A stretch of 64,000 bases of DNA, taken from NCBI GenBank assembly GCA_965644295.1, contig CBFFRP010000128.1:1-64000 (forward strand), read 5' to 3'. The DNA is from Paraphysomonas bandaiensis (lineage: Eukaryota; Protista; Chrysophyceae). Shown piece after piece: positions 63,464 through 64,000 of the stretch. The translations under genes were made by a program, and so were the position numbers. Every line of letters begins with the position of its first letter. The first letter of the stretch is position 1. Below the pieces are notes generated by a model. That model was not told the DNA's origin and did no database searches. It saw only the letters and a program-made list of their open reading frames with translations.

Positions 63464-64000
63464 TTAGTAAGGGTCGGCAGGATAAGGAATTTCATACTCG
63501 GCCTCATATGCTATCCACTCACCCCTCTCATCCTTTCGCATTCCTTCTCCCCAGGCAAATCGCTGTTGGCGATAACGCGATGCATAATCAAAATCCCTGT
63601 GGCCGTGGTAATATTCTGGCGGGTAGCCATACAGCATGTGATGCGGATAATGCCGAGGAGCAGATCCCTGTGGGTAATACGGAGGAAGCTGCTGCTGAAA
63701 AGGAAAACCCCCAGTTGGATAAATAGGAGGGGGGTATACCCCGTAGGGCGATGGTCCACAGTCTGGTGGAAGGGGAAAAGGGACACCAAAAGAAGGGCCA
63801 CTACTTCCAGCAGGGGGAACACCAATTGGGATAGGCCAACCTTGTGCTGGAACACCTGGAGGAGCTGGTAGAGCAGGGGGCGGTGGTGGTGGCGGGTGTG
63901 GTCCTATTCGAACCGACGAGAATATGATATTTTCACGGGCTGCAGGTATTGGCTTATTACCCCCCTTGAGGTCACTATATTTTGGGAAGCCTTGACCCAT
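63464..64000 (-). CDS. Pro-rich ORF at window edge, unknown product
   Basis: 178-aa open frame reaching the window end; may be the C-terminus of a longer gene. Confidence 0.45.
   Translation of the reverse strand: MGQGFPKYSDLKGGNKPIPAARENIIFSSVRIGPHPPPPPPPALPAPPGVPAQGWPIPIGVPPAGSSGPSFGVPFPLPPDCGPSPYGVYPPPIYPTGGFPFQQQLPPYYPQGSAPRHYPHHMLYGYPPEYYHGHRDFDYASRYRQQRFAWGEGMRKDERGEWIAYEAEYEIPYPADPY

Noticed and set aside
62079-64000. Fanzor/TnpB beside the IS630-like transposase
   Set aside because: No RuvC or zinc-finger motifs in the visible neighbouring ORFs.

Overview
Gene-dense eukaryotic nuclear DNA, probably from a stramenopile (inferred from gene content). It uses the standard code and short canonical GT-AG introns of about 40-55 nt. 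Recognisable genes: a Sel1-repeat protein, a Kelch-repeat protein, PDH E1-beta, a large coiled-coil protein, three glycosyltransferase-like genes, homocysteine S-methyltransferase, an L/F-transferase-like gene, SYF1/XAB2, HADHA, an mS26-like gene, an Lsi2/ArsB-type transporter, a MAPEG protein, Sec5 and beta-amylase. Intergenic DNA holds hAT relics, non-LTR retroelement 3' ends, a TG...CA MITE family and a frameshifted DD34E transposase. The most striking signal is at 29828-35570. Two direct-repeat MITE copies show swapped target-site duplications (AATTC outside, GATAG inside) and swapped TIR variants. The 4.7-kb segment between them is circularly permuted: one spliced gene reads in frame across the GATAG site, but its halves lie in reversed order. 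This fits integration of a DNA circle, or one unit of a tandem array, through MITE-MITE recombination. The segment also carries an intact 684-aa KKDGTPDMR-repeat ORF.
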